From positions 66,836,001 through 66,900,000 of the forward strand of contig NC_091472.1 of NCBI RefSeq assembly GCF_036971445.1: a stretch of DNA of 64,000 nt, read 5' to 3'. Every line of letters begins with the position of its first letter. Position 1 is the first letter of the stretch. A model generated the notes under the pieces. It worked only from the letters and a program-made list of their open reading frames with translations, was not told the DNA's origin and did no database searches. Source of the stretch: Narcine bancroftii (taxonomy: Eukaryota). Of the stretch, positions 25,936 through 39,005 are shown one piece after another. The position numbers and the translations under genes were made by a program.

Positions 25936-26369
25936 AGTCTCCAGTTCATATTTTAGAGGGTGTGATAAGAGTGTGCCAGCCCAATCGTTGGCTTGAATGT
26001 ACACAGAATTTGCTTAATAAATTGTACTGAAGAGAAATGTTGCATCTCAAAATGCAGAAACAATTCATATACTGCTTCTTTGCACATGAACCAGCTCAGA
26101 GTGTGCATCTCCTAATGGCCAAGAAAGCATAAGAATTACAAATAATTATTTTGCCTGAAATAAGATATTTAGTGGCAAATAGCCTTTTTCTAGAAATGAG
26201 TATAACTGCAAACAGTTATCAAGAGCAGTAAGAACATCAATTCCAAAATTATTTTCAATGTACTCATTGTATTAACTATTCCTCATTTACATTCCACATT
26301 GATTCTATTCATGTTTTAATCATATCTTTGTTTGCAATTAGATCTATTCATGGAATGATACCTTCATGA

Positions 26370-26682
26370 AGATCGACTCAAAGAGATCCAGTGCAGAAAC
26401 AGACCCTTCACTGCTCTGACCATTGAGCACTCATTTTTGCATAATGTAAGCCACCTTGCATTCACTGCCTTTCCATCAGCTTGCCCCAGATTCTGATTGA
26501 TGAACAATTTGCAGTGGCCAATAAATCTACATTTTAGGGGTGTGTGAGGTGAACAGAGCACCCGGAGGACACCAGCGGAGAAAAGGTGCAAACTCCAGAC
26601 AGACAACACCAGAGGTCAGAATGGAGTCGGTGTCACTACCACAGTGAGGCAGCCAGCTCCTCCTGCTATGCCACTGTGCCGC
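26370..26682 (-). mobile_element. HE1/V-SINE, near full length, decayed
   Basis: Minus strand starts GCGGCACAGTGGCATAGC (tRNA-like head), then V-domain GTCTGTCTGGAGTTTGCACCTTTTCTCC and a CR1-like tail GAAGGGTCTGTTTCTGCACTG. Confidence 0.8.
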
Positions 26683-27169
26683 AGATAAACGCATGCAAAT
26701 ATTTACAAATTTAATTACAATGTAATTCAGCTCACAGATTTCAAGGAGTATCAGGGACTATAGAAAAAGTATAAACTACTTCAAGAATGTGTCACAAGGA
26801 AATAGTATCTTCAGATAACAGGATCATTCAGTTAATTGGTCGTGTATTAATTGCAATGTCATTCTGCCTTAAATGATGCTAATTCATCACAAGCATATAT
26901 GATGAAATGCCTACATGTGTAGGGCATGCTGTGATATCAGCTAGTCTAGTTAACTGATCAGCTGACAAATTTCATCTCCACAGTTGAATATTAAATATAC
27001 TCAACCAGCTAAGTGCCTGGAGTTTTATGTAAAATCCATTATAAACCTTATAGATTGAATTGTACAAAATATATCTATTAGAATTGAGTAGGATTCTGTC
27101 TGATATTTTTTTAAAACCTCCTCAGGTATTGACTGTGAAATAAGAAAGGATGAACTGCATTTATAACAG

Positions 27170-27662
27170 AGTTGATTTGGTATGTCACCAAAGACTCCTG
27201 CAAATTTCTACAGGTGTACAGTGGAGAGCATTCTGACAAGTTCCATCACTGGTATGGAGTTACCATTGCACAGGTCAGGAAAAGACTACAGAGTGTTATG
27301 AACTCGGCCAGTGCCATCATGAGCACCCGTCTTCATTCCATAGAGGACAAGAGGTGGTGTCTTAAAGAAAGCAACTCTAACCTCAAGGACCCTCACCCCT
27401 CCCCCCCCCCCCCCAGGCCATGCCCTCTTCACAAAGCTACCACCAGGAATCAGGTAAAGGTGAATATCCAGTGGCACAAAAACAGCTTATTCCCCTTGGC
27501 CACTAGATTTCTAAATGGACAATGAAACACAGGCATTTCCTCACTCTCTTTTCTTTTTGCACTAATTTATGTAGTTTTTAAAATGTAATTGATAGTAATA
27601 TTTGCAAATACTGCTGCAAAAAATGAAGTTGTGACATGTTAATCACAATAAATTTTAATTCT
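27170..27662 (+). mobile_element. Rex1/Babar-like LINE 3' fragment
   Basis: GTACAGTGGAGAGCATTCTG and RKRLQSVMNSA...KNSLFPLATRFLN; AATAAA tail. Confidence 0.8.
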
Positions 27663-28057
27663 GTGTCTGTCATATTTGCTTACGATGCAGCATTCCTGAA
27701 CATATTGAATGACGTTGACTGGAACCAATTGAATAAAAAACACATTGTCAATTGAAAATGGAGACACACTGATTGACAGACAGCGCTGCATCTCTGTCAC
27801 AGATTCCTATGATTTTTCTGGAGTCTAATAGTGGAGCTACTCTTGCAGGAATGCCTCATTCATGTGAATCCTATTCATGTGAATTCTGAGCTGGCAAATG
27901 ATATGAAATCGCATTGATTTCAACTGGAGTGTCTAAACTTCAGTTTAGGGGACAGAAAAAGGGAAAATATATTTTACTCTATTTTAAAGTGTGTTTTTAT
28001 TAGTTCCATAATGTGCATGATTGAATTAAATTTACTTTTCAAAAATGTTTTTAAGTG

Positions 28058-28746
28058 TATCTGGCACCTATGGAATTGTAGATGCCGGATAAGTATGTAT
28101 TCCAGTTGCTTGAGACTTAGTCTTACAATGCCTATCTTATACATCTGCATTAAAAATAAATAGTTTAAAAGACTAAAGACAAAAATACTATACTATAAAT
28201 ACTATATATTCATGCAAGTGGTTTGTTCAGTGTAATAAACTATTTTACTTTATTTTCAGTCACAGTCTTTGAAAACATTTAATCATCATTATATCCGCAA
28301 CTTCCTCCCCCTCCACAGAGCCGCCTGATAGACAAACAATAACATTATAGATACCTGGTAATTACCCCCCCCCCCCCATCCTCCAAGTATACAGATCGGG
28401 GCAGCTCTTACAAAGCAAGAATAAGGAGACACTCTAAGATAAGTCACCCCAAAACTAGCAGCATTAACCAGCTCTTCATCATGAGTGACACCATTTTATT
28501 CAAACTCAACTTTATTCAAATTTTATTCCAACACCTGCTGTAAAGAAAGCCTGGCCAAGGCACTCCGTTACCTGAATATTTGCTCCCATCTTCACCAAAG
28601 GCGTAGGTGTTACTTCAGAAAAAATTTACTTTTACAATTTTAAATGTATATTTGTACCTATTATTTTATTCTAATTCTTTATTATTTATTTTCCTCTATT
28701 ATTTTGCTGGTTGCTTGAATTCCAGGTACCAGGAGTTTTACTGTAG
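28058..28746. mobile_element. Tigger/pogo-like non-autonomous DNA transposon remnant
   Basis: TATCTGGCACCTATGG...GCCGGATAAG near the left end. Right terminus GGTACCAGGAGTTTTACTG|TA. Same family as 1530-2242. Confidence 0.55.
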
Positions 28747-28809
28747 TTTGAATGCCAGAGTCTCCACTTTGACTGGAGACCAAGCTCTACTCTAGCTTTT
28801 GTCTTCTAG

Positions 28810-29120
28810 TATAGAACATAGAGCATAGTACAGGCCCCTTGGCTCATGATGTGCCAATCAATAGAAACTTGCTCAACAAACTAATCCTTCCCTGCCCATA
28901 ACACCCTATTTTTTTCTTGAATTCATGTGCCTGTCTAAGAGTCTTTTAAAATTCCCTATTGTACCAGCCTCCACCACCACCTCTGGCAATGTATTGCAAG
29001 TGTCCACTACTCTCTTCCTTCCCCTCAACTTGTACAGATGACCTTTGGTGTTTCCTACTCTCACCCTAGAAAAAGATGCTTGCTGTCCACCCTATCTTTG
29101 ACTCTCATAATCTTATAGAC
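28810..29120 (-). mobile_element. CR1 LINE 3' end
   Basis: ATAGAACATAGA tail. Similar to 21840-22125. Confidence 0.85.
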
Positions 29121-29444
29121 CCGTCAAAGGCTGTCAGGGCTGGTTTAAGTATCAGATCTCTGCAATGAAGCTACCGAGGCCCAATCATTATCCAGACCTC
29201 ACCACCTAACTGTACGTTGCAGAGAGCCAGCAGGATAATCCAACCTAGGTATGTATCAGCTTGCTGGTCTCCAGGAGGTAACTCCTGGTGGTGGGCCTGA
29301 GCTAGCATGAAAAGCTCATAGATGGTGATGTAGTAATCAGGCAGTTATGCTGAATGGTGCTTCAACTCTGGCAACTGTTTTCAAAGCTGAAGCTTGATTC
29401 TTTTATTCCAAACTGATGTAAAGTCTACTTTAAGAAGCAGACAC

Positions 29445-29651
29445 AAATATTTATCTGACAAACAGAGGAGCTAGAAGAACTCAGTGGGTCACAACATCCA
29501 TAGAGAGAATTGAACAGTCAATACCTTGGATCTTAAATCTGACACAAAACATTAACTCTCTATTTCTCTCCGTGGACGCTGCCCTGACCTGATGAGCTCC
29601 TCCAAGTTCTCATTGTCTCTCACTCCAGCATCTGCGTTTTTTTTTGTTTCT
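29445..29651. mobile_element. Palindromic element made of two inverted Penelope-like termini
   Basis: The left arm GCTAGAAGAACTCAGTGGGTCACAACATCCATAGAGAGAA is an approximate reverse complement of the right arm TTCTCTCCGTGGACGCTGCCCTGACCTGATGAGCTCCTCCA. Confidence 0.7.
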
Positions 29652-32600
29652 CTGGTTTTCTTTTCACAAATGTGTCTCTCACCTCTTCCTTCTTCAACTC
29701 TGCCCAAATGGAATGGCACTGAAATTTATATGTAATGTGATGATACACTACTGTTAGAAAATTAGATGCCCTTATTCTCTGACTATGTTACAGTTTAATA
29801 AACCACAATTCAGCAAGTACTTATGAGAACTATGTGATGTTCAAATTGTCAATCAACAAGCTGAAGTCTCATTTATCTTTTTCCACGTTTGTGGTGAGAA
29901 ATTATATTGAAGCCTGTACCAATACATGTGCATATTTTTTTCTCCAGACATCTTTGCAGCTCTGTTCCTTTTGTTAATGTATTTATTTGAGAAACAACTA
30001 CATCTAAATTGACCCATGTTTCAGTCTCTTGGGGAATTAGTCAAGGTTTGATTTTAATTTAGAATCAGATCTGGTCTTAATTCTAAATGGGCAATAGACA
30101 TGTGGTGAGCTTTCTTAATTTTATAATAATGTGAGTTTATTATGGTGGTGGTTATCCATTATGATTATTTCCAAAAGCCAGAAATAAGATGTGAGTGAAA
30201 CACAAGCTGTGAATGCTCTGTACTCTTCCTCTGTACTTTTGATCAACATATTGTCAAAGGCTCTCCTTCCTCAAAAGCTCATAAAATATGTCTTTACAGC
30301 ATGCAAGTTACTTAAATACATATAATCATAGTCCCAGTTAATTCTTATATCGTAAGGATTTTACTCTTCTCTAAACAAAAATCCCATGTCAGTGAATTTA
30401 TCTGTCCTAAAAAAAAGCATCAATGCCTGTTGGGTTAAAGGAAAAATATAAGTGAGGAAATAGGTAAGTTATAAACAGCTTCCATTTTTATATATTATAT
30501 ACTGATTTTGGAATACTAATATTTATAATTATTACATTTTAAAAATGAAAATGCAGTTTTTCTATTTTTAGGTTTCAAATGTTTTTATGATTTTTATTTA
30601 TTTTGACAATGTGTGCCACAACACAGGAATTATTTTTAGCTCTTTTCTTTAGCTTCCTTGTACAAATGACTCATAAGATTACATGGGTGAGAACCAAATG
30701 CAGAAAGGAAACAGAGGTTCAATTATCATGTGTTATCTAACCCTTGCCTTCAATGTCATTGCTAAGCTGAGCATTCCAGCATTCTGAGGTCCTCAGAATA
30801 GGCCACTAAGGGCAGCAACAGCTGAACTTCTTTGTCACATGGTAAATGGGAAAGAGGTGCAGGGCCAAAGTTTATTGCTGTCAGGTAGGGGTCAGAAAAC
30901 AACAGGAGATAAATATAGCAAAAATGCCCTCTACATTCAGGTGTGAGGGGTAAAGTTCAACGGAGCAACTGTTTGTTCCAATTGCTACAGCAAAACCTTG
31001 TTAAACTACTGTGTTAGTAACTGTGGACTCAGAAGTTAACATGCCTTTTATATAGGACAGCACTGTGGATGTGACCCACAGACACAGCAGAAGCAAAAAT
31101 GGATGCACTGTTGTGTTAAAGATGGGACAGGTGCAAAATAATTGCTGGTTATTGTAGTACCATTGCAAATGTCAGTTGGGTTTACAAAGGTGACCACACA
31201 ATATTTCAGAACAACTTTTCGTGGTGGAGGAGGAAGGATACGTTTTATTTATTTTGCTTTATTTTTGAAAAGGAAAAGCTTTGCACAAATTCAAGTTATT
31301 GTAACAGTTGAAATGTTAAATTGTTGCTTTGAGCGTCAGTTTTAGTGCAAGTCTTTAACCAAGGTCCTGCTCCCAGAAATGTTTTGTCATTTTAAATATA
31401 AACATAAGATAAATATTCCCCCTCCCCCCAACACCACAAAAAAATGTCATTGCTGGTGGGGCATGGGACATAATTACTGGCATATTATAGTCCCATGTTT
31501 TCAGTGCATAATATCTTATCCCATTTTTTAAAATTTTTGACTGTGCTCACAATACCATGTTATTTTCTCTCTGCTTCTTACTTCTTTCTTTTGCCTGATG
31601 TTTCATCTTTATTATGAGTAGCACCTTGGAACTGTTTATTTAGTTTGTTGATTACATTTGATAAATCATGGTTATTTTGGTACTGTATTTCTTTTTTTCT
31701 GTTGTCTCTACCAGTTTGGATGTCCTTTTGCACTCATCTTTCAATCTCCCAATCCTTTAAAAAATGTTTAGCTTTGGTTATTCCTTGGATGGGAGATTGC
31801 CCAGGAAAACCAGGGATAGCTGGCTTGAAGAGGAGATGGAATTTCCACCTGGAATTTTGCCTGGGATTAGTCAATGTAAGATACAACGTGCAAATTTCTA
31901 CAATGGAAATCAGTCTTTATTTCAGCTCACTTCATTTTTATTTCAAAACTATCAAACTAAAATAAGAGCAATTTTTAAAATGTATTTATCTTGGTGACCA
32001 AATCCCCCTTGCTGTCTTCCACAGATTTAATCTGCAAGGCTACTTTGACAACACAGTCTAATTATTTGTAACAGTAGTGTAATTCATTGACATCAGTCCT
32101 TGTGTTTTTGCTCACTGCCAGGAGAGTGAGCTTTTAATATCTGAAGAGAATTGTAAGTCTAGTTTCAAGTTTAGTTTTACTTGATTAAATTCTGACTGGG
32201 AGTGGATCCTGCTGTCAGAATTAGACTTAATAATCTGAATTAAACAACATTTCACATTGGTTGTCAATATGTCATCTCAAATATGTATTTGAAGCTATCT
32301 GAGCATTCAATGTCACAAGAACATTGTCTATATAGTTTCAGATTTTTAAATTATGATTCCTTATAATGTCATAGCCAGATTTTTCACAGTGTGATCACTC
32401 TCTCTGCAACATTATGTTGACACTGAGCAGAGCAGTTTTTCTAGAAGTGAAATATTTGTTTCAAGACTGATTCATTTAATTGAATTGGTCATAATCGGTC
32501 AGGTTTTTGCACTCTTCCCTAAAGAGATGTATTTGTATCTGATCTAAAGATGATTGTAAATGCATCCAAAAGTATTTAGACATCCATACAAAACAAACTA

Positions 32601-33459
32601 GAAATACATCAATGCTCTGAGCAGTCCTTTTATCTCATCCTTTATTTTGCATTTTGTTTTACTGGCTGCCAAGAGACATGTGGCCATGCAGCAGAATAAT
32701 GAAGTTGTCTTTAATTTAGTTATACTTTATTAATGTCAAAGATGCTCACCCATTAATCAATTAAAAACACGGTCGTGCAGGAAAAAAAAGCTTCACTGAG
32801 CTTCCTTTAGTAATAAGATCACATGCATTTTAAAAAGGAGTGCGATTATCTCAATGTGTTTCTGAGTTGAAGTTAAAAAATGTAAAAATGATTTTCATTC
32901 CAAAACTAATTAATATGCTAAATTATTCAAATTAGATTGTAATTAAGCATCTACTCTGTAGAAAACCTTTTCGAGATAATTTATGATAAAATTGGTTGTA
33001 GTGATGCTTGAGATTAATTTTTGGTGCTGCTTGTTTGATGTCCTGAATGCAAAAAAGCACCTGAACAAATATTTTTAAACACCTAATTTCATTTTGCATT
33101 TTAATGATGTCTTTATTATTTTTAACAAAACACCTCCACAGAAGCGAACGATATCTGGGCAGAAGCCAGAAATCATTGCCATCTCCTAACCCTCAAAGGG
33201 CAGTCACAACTTTGGTTCTCTCAGACCCACTCTTAAAGTTTTAACCATCCGCTTCTCTCACAGGCATTTTTTTTCAAGCAAGAGACGCTGTAAAATTCAG
33301 GCCACTTTTTAAAAAAATTGTTTAATGTCACCCTTGCAGCTTCCAGCTTGGCATCCACTTTATCCTTTATAAAAAGTTATTTTCTTTTTCAAATTACTTA
33401 CAGGAATGTAAAATTTGAAGAACTATTTACTATTATTTACACACAAAAAAATTTCAAAA

Positions 33460-33530
33460 ACATACCGGGGGTGTAGATTAGTTGGGTGGTATGGACTCAG
33501 GCCTGTTAACATGCTGTATGTCTAAATTGT
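33460..33530 (+). mobile_element. SINE 3' tail fragment (HE1-like)
   Basis: GGGGGTGTAGATTAGTTGGGTGGTATGGACTC...GGCCTGTTAACATGCTGTATGTCTAAA. Confidence 0.5.
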
Positions 33531-34229
33531 TCCAAATTCATATATTAATTTAACGCTCCCTGTGCTTATGTCAATATCTCCAGTGGATCATTTATTGGGT
33601 ATAATAGGAATAACAGGACTCAGACATTCAGAAGATCATCCAGATGCTGCCTGGCATGTGAGGCTTCCATGCATATTCACCACTGTCATAAAGGCTGTGT
33701 AACTTTTTCATTATAACTTTTCATAATTTTATTGTAATACAATAGTGTTACACCAAAATATACACCTTTAAATGCATTTCCCATTGCTTCACATTAAGAC
33801 CAAATGATCATAGCAAGAAGCTTGATGCTCTTCTTTGAATGGTCTTAGTCAGATTTCTCCTTCCAGGGTCCCATGGAGTTGACCTATTTCCATTCTGGTT
33901 CTTTGGCTTCCAAAGCTAATGGAGGTTCCTATGTGAAATAGACAGACTCTTCCACCTGTGGGGCAGGTAGTGCTCAATTGGGACAGTGGACACCCTTCTG
34001 GTGTTTGATCAGGAATTCTGTGCAGTCCTGCTGAGGAAAATGAAGGTGCTTTGTGCCTGCCTGAATTCTTCTTCCCCAGTTTAAATGGTTGGAAACCTAG
34101 AATTCCCCGGAGTTGATAAGAATATTTCATTTTCAAGGGCCTGTAGAGAATGTGTTTGAAGCATTTTCCTTGCAATTTCTAGTATATCAGAGGCTGATCC
34201 TCACACTAAGCATCTGGTAGTTAAAGGCC

Positions 34230-34660
34230 TTTCCCAACCCAACCCAGCCCCTCCCACAAAGGATCACTAACCACACCCAAAGTGACAAAAGTAGACATCA
34301 AGGATGAAATTGCCCATTGCCTCCAGCACATTATCATACACATCAATCTTGGGAAAGCAGCATTTGAAGTCCAAGATCTCACACTCGGTACCATGCACAT
34401 GGTCTGCTAGGTAGTTGTGAGCCCACCCTCCTGACTGCTTTAATGACAGGTACCTGAAAGCACTGGAGAAGTAACACCAATGTTGTCCCCACAAAATTTT
34501 CCAATCTGTTAGCAGAAGACACTAACCACCATCATGATCCTCTTCTGGCCCAATATCCCCAGTACACAATCAATTACATGATTTGGACCACATCCTTTTC
34601 ATGTCTGACCTGGTCTGCTGAAGCAAGCACCCTACTCAGAGCTCCATTACAAAAGTTGTC
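34230..34660 (+). mobile_element. Old RTE-clade LINE fragment
   Basis: Remnants KVDIKDEIAHCLQ and LKALEKxHQCCxxKI, typical of the RTE post-RT region. Confidence 0.55.
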
Positions 34661-35584
34661 AATCCATTTGAGAGGTTAGATTAGGAGATACTGATTTAAG
34701 GTGTTCTAGGAAAGAAGGCATCTCTCTGCAGTGTAGAACTGAACGGAAACCATACTGAAGCATCAGACTAGATAATGTACTCAGAAGGTAGGAATTCAAC
34801 TTATACAATAATGCAAAATAATAATGATAAATGAACAGCCGGTCTTACATTCTGCCTGGTTTCAGGACAAACTAAGAGCTTCTCGTTTGCAATTTCCTAT
34901 TATGCTCTACTGCCTTGGATGAATTTATTTCCCCAAATCTCTGGAGCATGGCCTCAACCCACAACCTGCTGACTCCTGGGTGACAACACCAAGACTGAGC
35001 TGAGGATAAAATATAATTAGAAACCTGAGTCGGTGTGGTGCTGCAGTGCTCCTCCACTGTGACAAAGCCCTAAGCTGAATGGTTTGATTATGCATGTTAG
35101 CAATAGCAGTGATGCAAAGTGCAGACCATGCTCCAAGCCATGAACAATTGATTTTTCTGTGCAGAACATAGTTCTAGCTAAATTAACGTTCAAAATGTGA
35201 ATCAAATATGATTCTGCTGTGCTTATGCATCACTCTGCTGGATTTACATCAGTGCACTCACAAGGAAACTGTTTTATATCCTATATGGGGAGGCTAAAAG
35301 TAAGTTTTCCTTCCCTGCTGTGGAACTAGCACATGGTGAAATTATTGCAAATCAACTATCTTTACTTAACAATTTGATTTCTGCCTCTTTCCTTTCTTAA
35401 AGGCTATTTCTCAGGCAGGGCTCTCAGTCTTGGTCACTAACCAGACTTTGGGGCTTGCCCAAGTGGCCGCCGAGACAGTTTAAATTATACATCAGGGTTT
35501 TCAGGCAGAGCTTAAGGGAAGGCAATTAAGAGCAGAGATGTTTGCCTGATCTCCCTTCACTTCATCAAGATACTGAAATCAATT

Positions 35585-36028
35585 GCTGAGCATATAGGAG
35601 CAAGAGTAAATCTTATGGTAGGGTCCTTTGATCTTTTTTGCTGCCATCTTGACCTCAGTTTCACTTTCCACCCTTTTCCTTGAAACCTTTAACTCCAAAA
35701 GATCCACATTTTCCAATGATTCATCCTTCACGGCTCACTGAGATAGAACTTTCCAAAGATTCAAAACCCTACAAGAAATTCCTTCTCAATTTCATTTGCA
35801 GTAGTTGATCATCTATTCTGAAATTATATCTATAGTTCTATATTCCCCAAGAGCAGAAGAATTTTCTCAGCATTAACCTCATCCAAACCCTCAACCACAC
35901 AGCACAATATACTCAAACTTTCCTTTCAAGGCAATTAATTTTTACCAAGTCTCAATCTATGTACTTTTTTTGAACTGCCTCCAATTACAGCATATTATTT
36001 CTTATAAAAAGGAGACTAAACACTACAC
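35585..36028 (-). mobile_element. Old CR1 3' fragment
   Basis: ATAGGAGCA tail, TTCCAAAGATTCAAAACCCT and GGAGACTAAACACTACAC (reverse of CVQFWSP). Confidence 0.65.
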
Positions 36029-36396
36029 CAGTGATACTCGGTCTTTTTCTTTCCACGCAAATACCACTTTAAGTAATCCTCATGTCATCGGTGCTCTGTG
36101 ATTAGTAAGGGATTGCTTAAGGCAGTGGGTAAATGAGTGGGAAGGGAACGATGAGAATCATTGCTCTAGACGCAATTGTTTCTGAAATATTTTGCTTGAT
36201 AAAAATTGTCATTGGCCCATTTCCTTTGGAGTTATGAAACCGTGCACATAACGAATCAATTTGGAATGATTAAAACAGTGGTTTTCAACCTTTTTCTTTC
36301 TACCCACATACCACCTTAAGCAATCCCTTACTAATCACAGCGCACCTATGGCATATGGAATATGGTATGTAAGTGGAAAAAAAGGTTGAAACCATA
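36029..36396. mobile_element. hAT/Charlie-type MITE (dimer of two palindromic units)
   Basis: CAGTG(G)TTTTCAACC-type termini at 36029 and internally at 36276. The two units are inverted copies. 8-bp TSD CACTACAC/CTCTACAC (7/8 match). Confidence 0.8.
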
Positions 36397-37649
36397 CTCT
36401 ACACAGTAGACTCACTTTGACTTATTAGTTAACTTCGTTGGAAAATTACTTATGTCCTAGAAACTTTAAATTTACCTTAGTCATTACCTTGGACAATGGA
36501 TTCTGGTAAAAATCTTGATAAGAATATTGAAATAACACCTGCTCGAGAAGCTAAAGGAAGTTGTAAAATGGAAAATTTAGGGCTGAATCTGAGAGATGAC
36601 TAAAACCAGTAAAGTAATACATTAGCCCTAAAATGGAAATAACCTCCTGCATACTAACAGCACATTTCAAAAGGAGTCTGCCCATTTTTCAAGGTTCTTG
36701 TAGCTTTTGTAAATTTGCAGTGGTAAGTGGAAGAATTGGTGAGGAAGTTTGATGTCACAGTGCCCCCAGTTGCAGAGACTACAAAGAAGTATGCTTGCTC
36801 ACTGTAATTATTTTTCAGAAGTAGACAATTCCACAAACACAAATGCAGCACAATGAGGAAATCCAACCCATTGTATGGGAGGACAAAAATATTCAGTATT
36901 TAGCCAATAGGGGGAGAAGTTAGGTGATTAATTCAATAATCTCAAGGTTACATACTTAAAGGTGCAATTCTGGATAATCTTCTTTTTCCATTGTAGATCA
37001 ATTTACCAGAAAAATGAGGCTTTTCTCTGCCTCTGTTGGTTCTTCCTGACACTTGAAATGCACAGAGAAAGAGGTTTTAATAAAAGAGAAAACATTTCAT
37101 TTGAAGCCACACCTCAAAATTATTCTGACCCGGCATTTATAACTTAATTGGCTATCCTGGTGGGACAAGTAATTGTGCTGCATATAACAAGCCACTTGGA
37201 GCTCTCCTGGAAGCTCCAGTAAGCTTCCAGCGTTAGCAGCCATCAAGGATTTCACAGGTCAAGCATTCAATCGATACAGCTAAAAGCAGCAGGGACTATA
37301 ATGTCGACAGTCGACTTCAGAAAATGCTGTCAGTGCCAGCTTGCTCCCTCTTGCCCAGCCGCTGAAGACAGCTTAATTAACCCTTAGAAAATACAAGTTA
37401 TCCAGAGGCTCCACAGGGCTGCAGTCATAGGCCTTGTTGGTAAACTGATGACTTGGAGAACTGGCAGCTCTGAATTCCCCATTTCCTCTTTTAACGGTGT
37501 ACAGTTTGGATGCAAAAACTTATTTTCAGTTTGTATGTTTATTACTTCTTTAGAGAATGTAACTGGGAACTACATGTGAAAATACTATAAAATTTCACCC
37601 AATAGGCACACAGTGTCAGTGCTGAACAATTACTCAACAAAAGGAGGTG

Positions 37650-38075
37650 TAAGATGTTCCCTCCATCTGATAGCCTACAGGTCACCCTTGAGCAAGGTGT
37701 AGTACCTGTTTAGCCTCCCAATCAGGGTCACGTGAAGCCATGGATTGCAGATAGTGTATGGTTTTTTACAAGCAGATTCTACAAATTGGAATTTATGGTT
37801 GTAAAACTAAAAAGGCTGGGCAGATGAATCCGCAGATCAATGGCCGGGGTTACTCATCCAGTATGGATACTGCTACTGAAGAAGGAAATGGGAAACTACT
37901 TCAGTATTTTTCCCTTGTATAATCATGAATGCAACATCGACTACAGTCTCAGCTCAAAGATGGAGCTTTTACTGAAGGAGAATGGGGAGGCAACAACTAC
38001 AATTCAGAGAGTCAGAAATCATGACGGATGTTGAGACATGATTGCCCACGCTGAACGTTAAGGCACCTGAATGAT
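37650..38075 (+). mobile_element. Non-autonomous RTE-derived element (5' UTR-like head plus Bov-A-like tail)
   Basis: GGTCACCCTTGAGCAAGGTGTAG head and GAAGAAGGAAATGGGAAACTACTTCAGTATTTTTCC motif resembling RTE/Bov-A 3' ends. Confidence 0.5.
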
Positions 38076-38259
38076 AAATGAGACACACTGATCATTTATG
38101 AAGTGGTACATTTATGTACCATCACTCATTTACACCTACCCGAGACACTCTCTGTCATTTGTTTTGTTTCGTGACATTTTTATACCCACGAGCAACTAAA
38201 ACTGAGACAAATTCCAGAATTTAACAGTCAACATGAATAAAGATTTTTTTCTATATGTA

Positions 38260-39005
38260 AGGAGGCACAAGAGATTGCCGATGCTGGAGTAAAAATTAAA
38301 CTTAGTGTGATAGGCAGCATCTGTGGAAGCAAAAGGGTGGTCAACAATGCAGGTTGAGACCCTGCATCACGACTGAGAGCATGGAGGGGAGAAAGCTAAT
38401 GGGAGGGAGGCATGAGCAGGCTCGGGGAAGTAATAGATAGAACCAGGTGAGAAGAGAAATATGGGGATGGAGCCAAATGGAGTGGAGGGAGCCTTGGAAT
38501 TCAGAGACAGCGAATAGAGGGTGGTAGGTAGAGACAGAGGCGAGAAGATGAAGTGGAAACAAAAGTCGACACGTGGAATATAAGTAAGGACAGTGATGAA
38601 AGAAGGAAGAAAAACAGATGGCACCACCTGGGGAGGGGGACAAATGAAGCAGAAAATGTAATATATTGGTGAGAGGAAGCAGGTGGGGGAGGGGAATAAA
38701 ACTGGGTGACACTGAGGGAGTGGTTTGGGTGTATCCAGAAGGAGAGAGAATGGAGCACAGGGAGTTTCCTGTAGTTGAAAAATTGAGTGTTTAAGCCATT
38801 GGGTTGTAGGTTACCCAAGTGGAATATGAGGTGCTGTTCTTCTAGTTTATGATTGGCCTTGTCCTCACATTGGAAAAGGCCGAGGATAGACAGGTCAGTG
38901 CAGGAATGGGAAGTTGAAACAGCATGCAGTTACAGCAGAGGTGATCCTCAGCCTTATCTCATTTTAAGGCCACGTGGGGAGCACCAAATGCAACAGAAAA
39001 GGAGG
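38260..39005 (-). mobile_element. Penelope-like element 3' part
   Basis: KLEEQHLIFHLGNLQPNGLN (C-terminus of the GIY-YIG domain), purine-rich UTR and terminal GCAGCATCTGTGGA. Confidence 0.8.

Noticed and set aside
31772-31875. FGYSLDG... as an integrin FG-GAP exon
   Set aside because: The acceptor is weak and the downstream DxDxxGxxD motif is missing.
37207-37230. Iron-responsive element
   Set aside because: The loop is CCAGUA rather than CAGUGN, and there is no bulged C five pairs below the loop.
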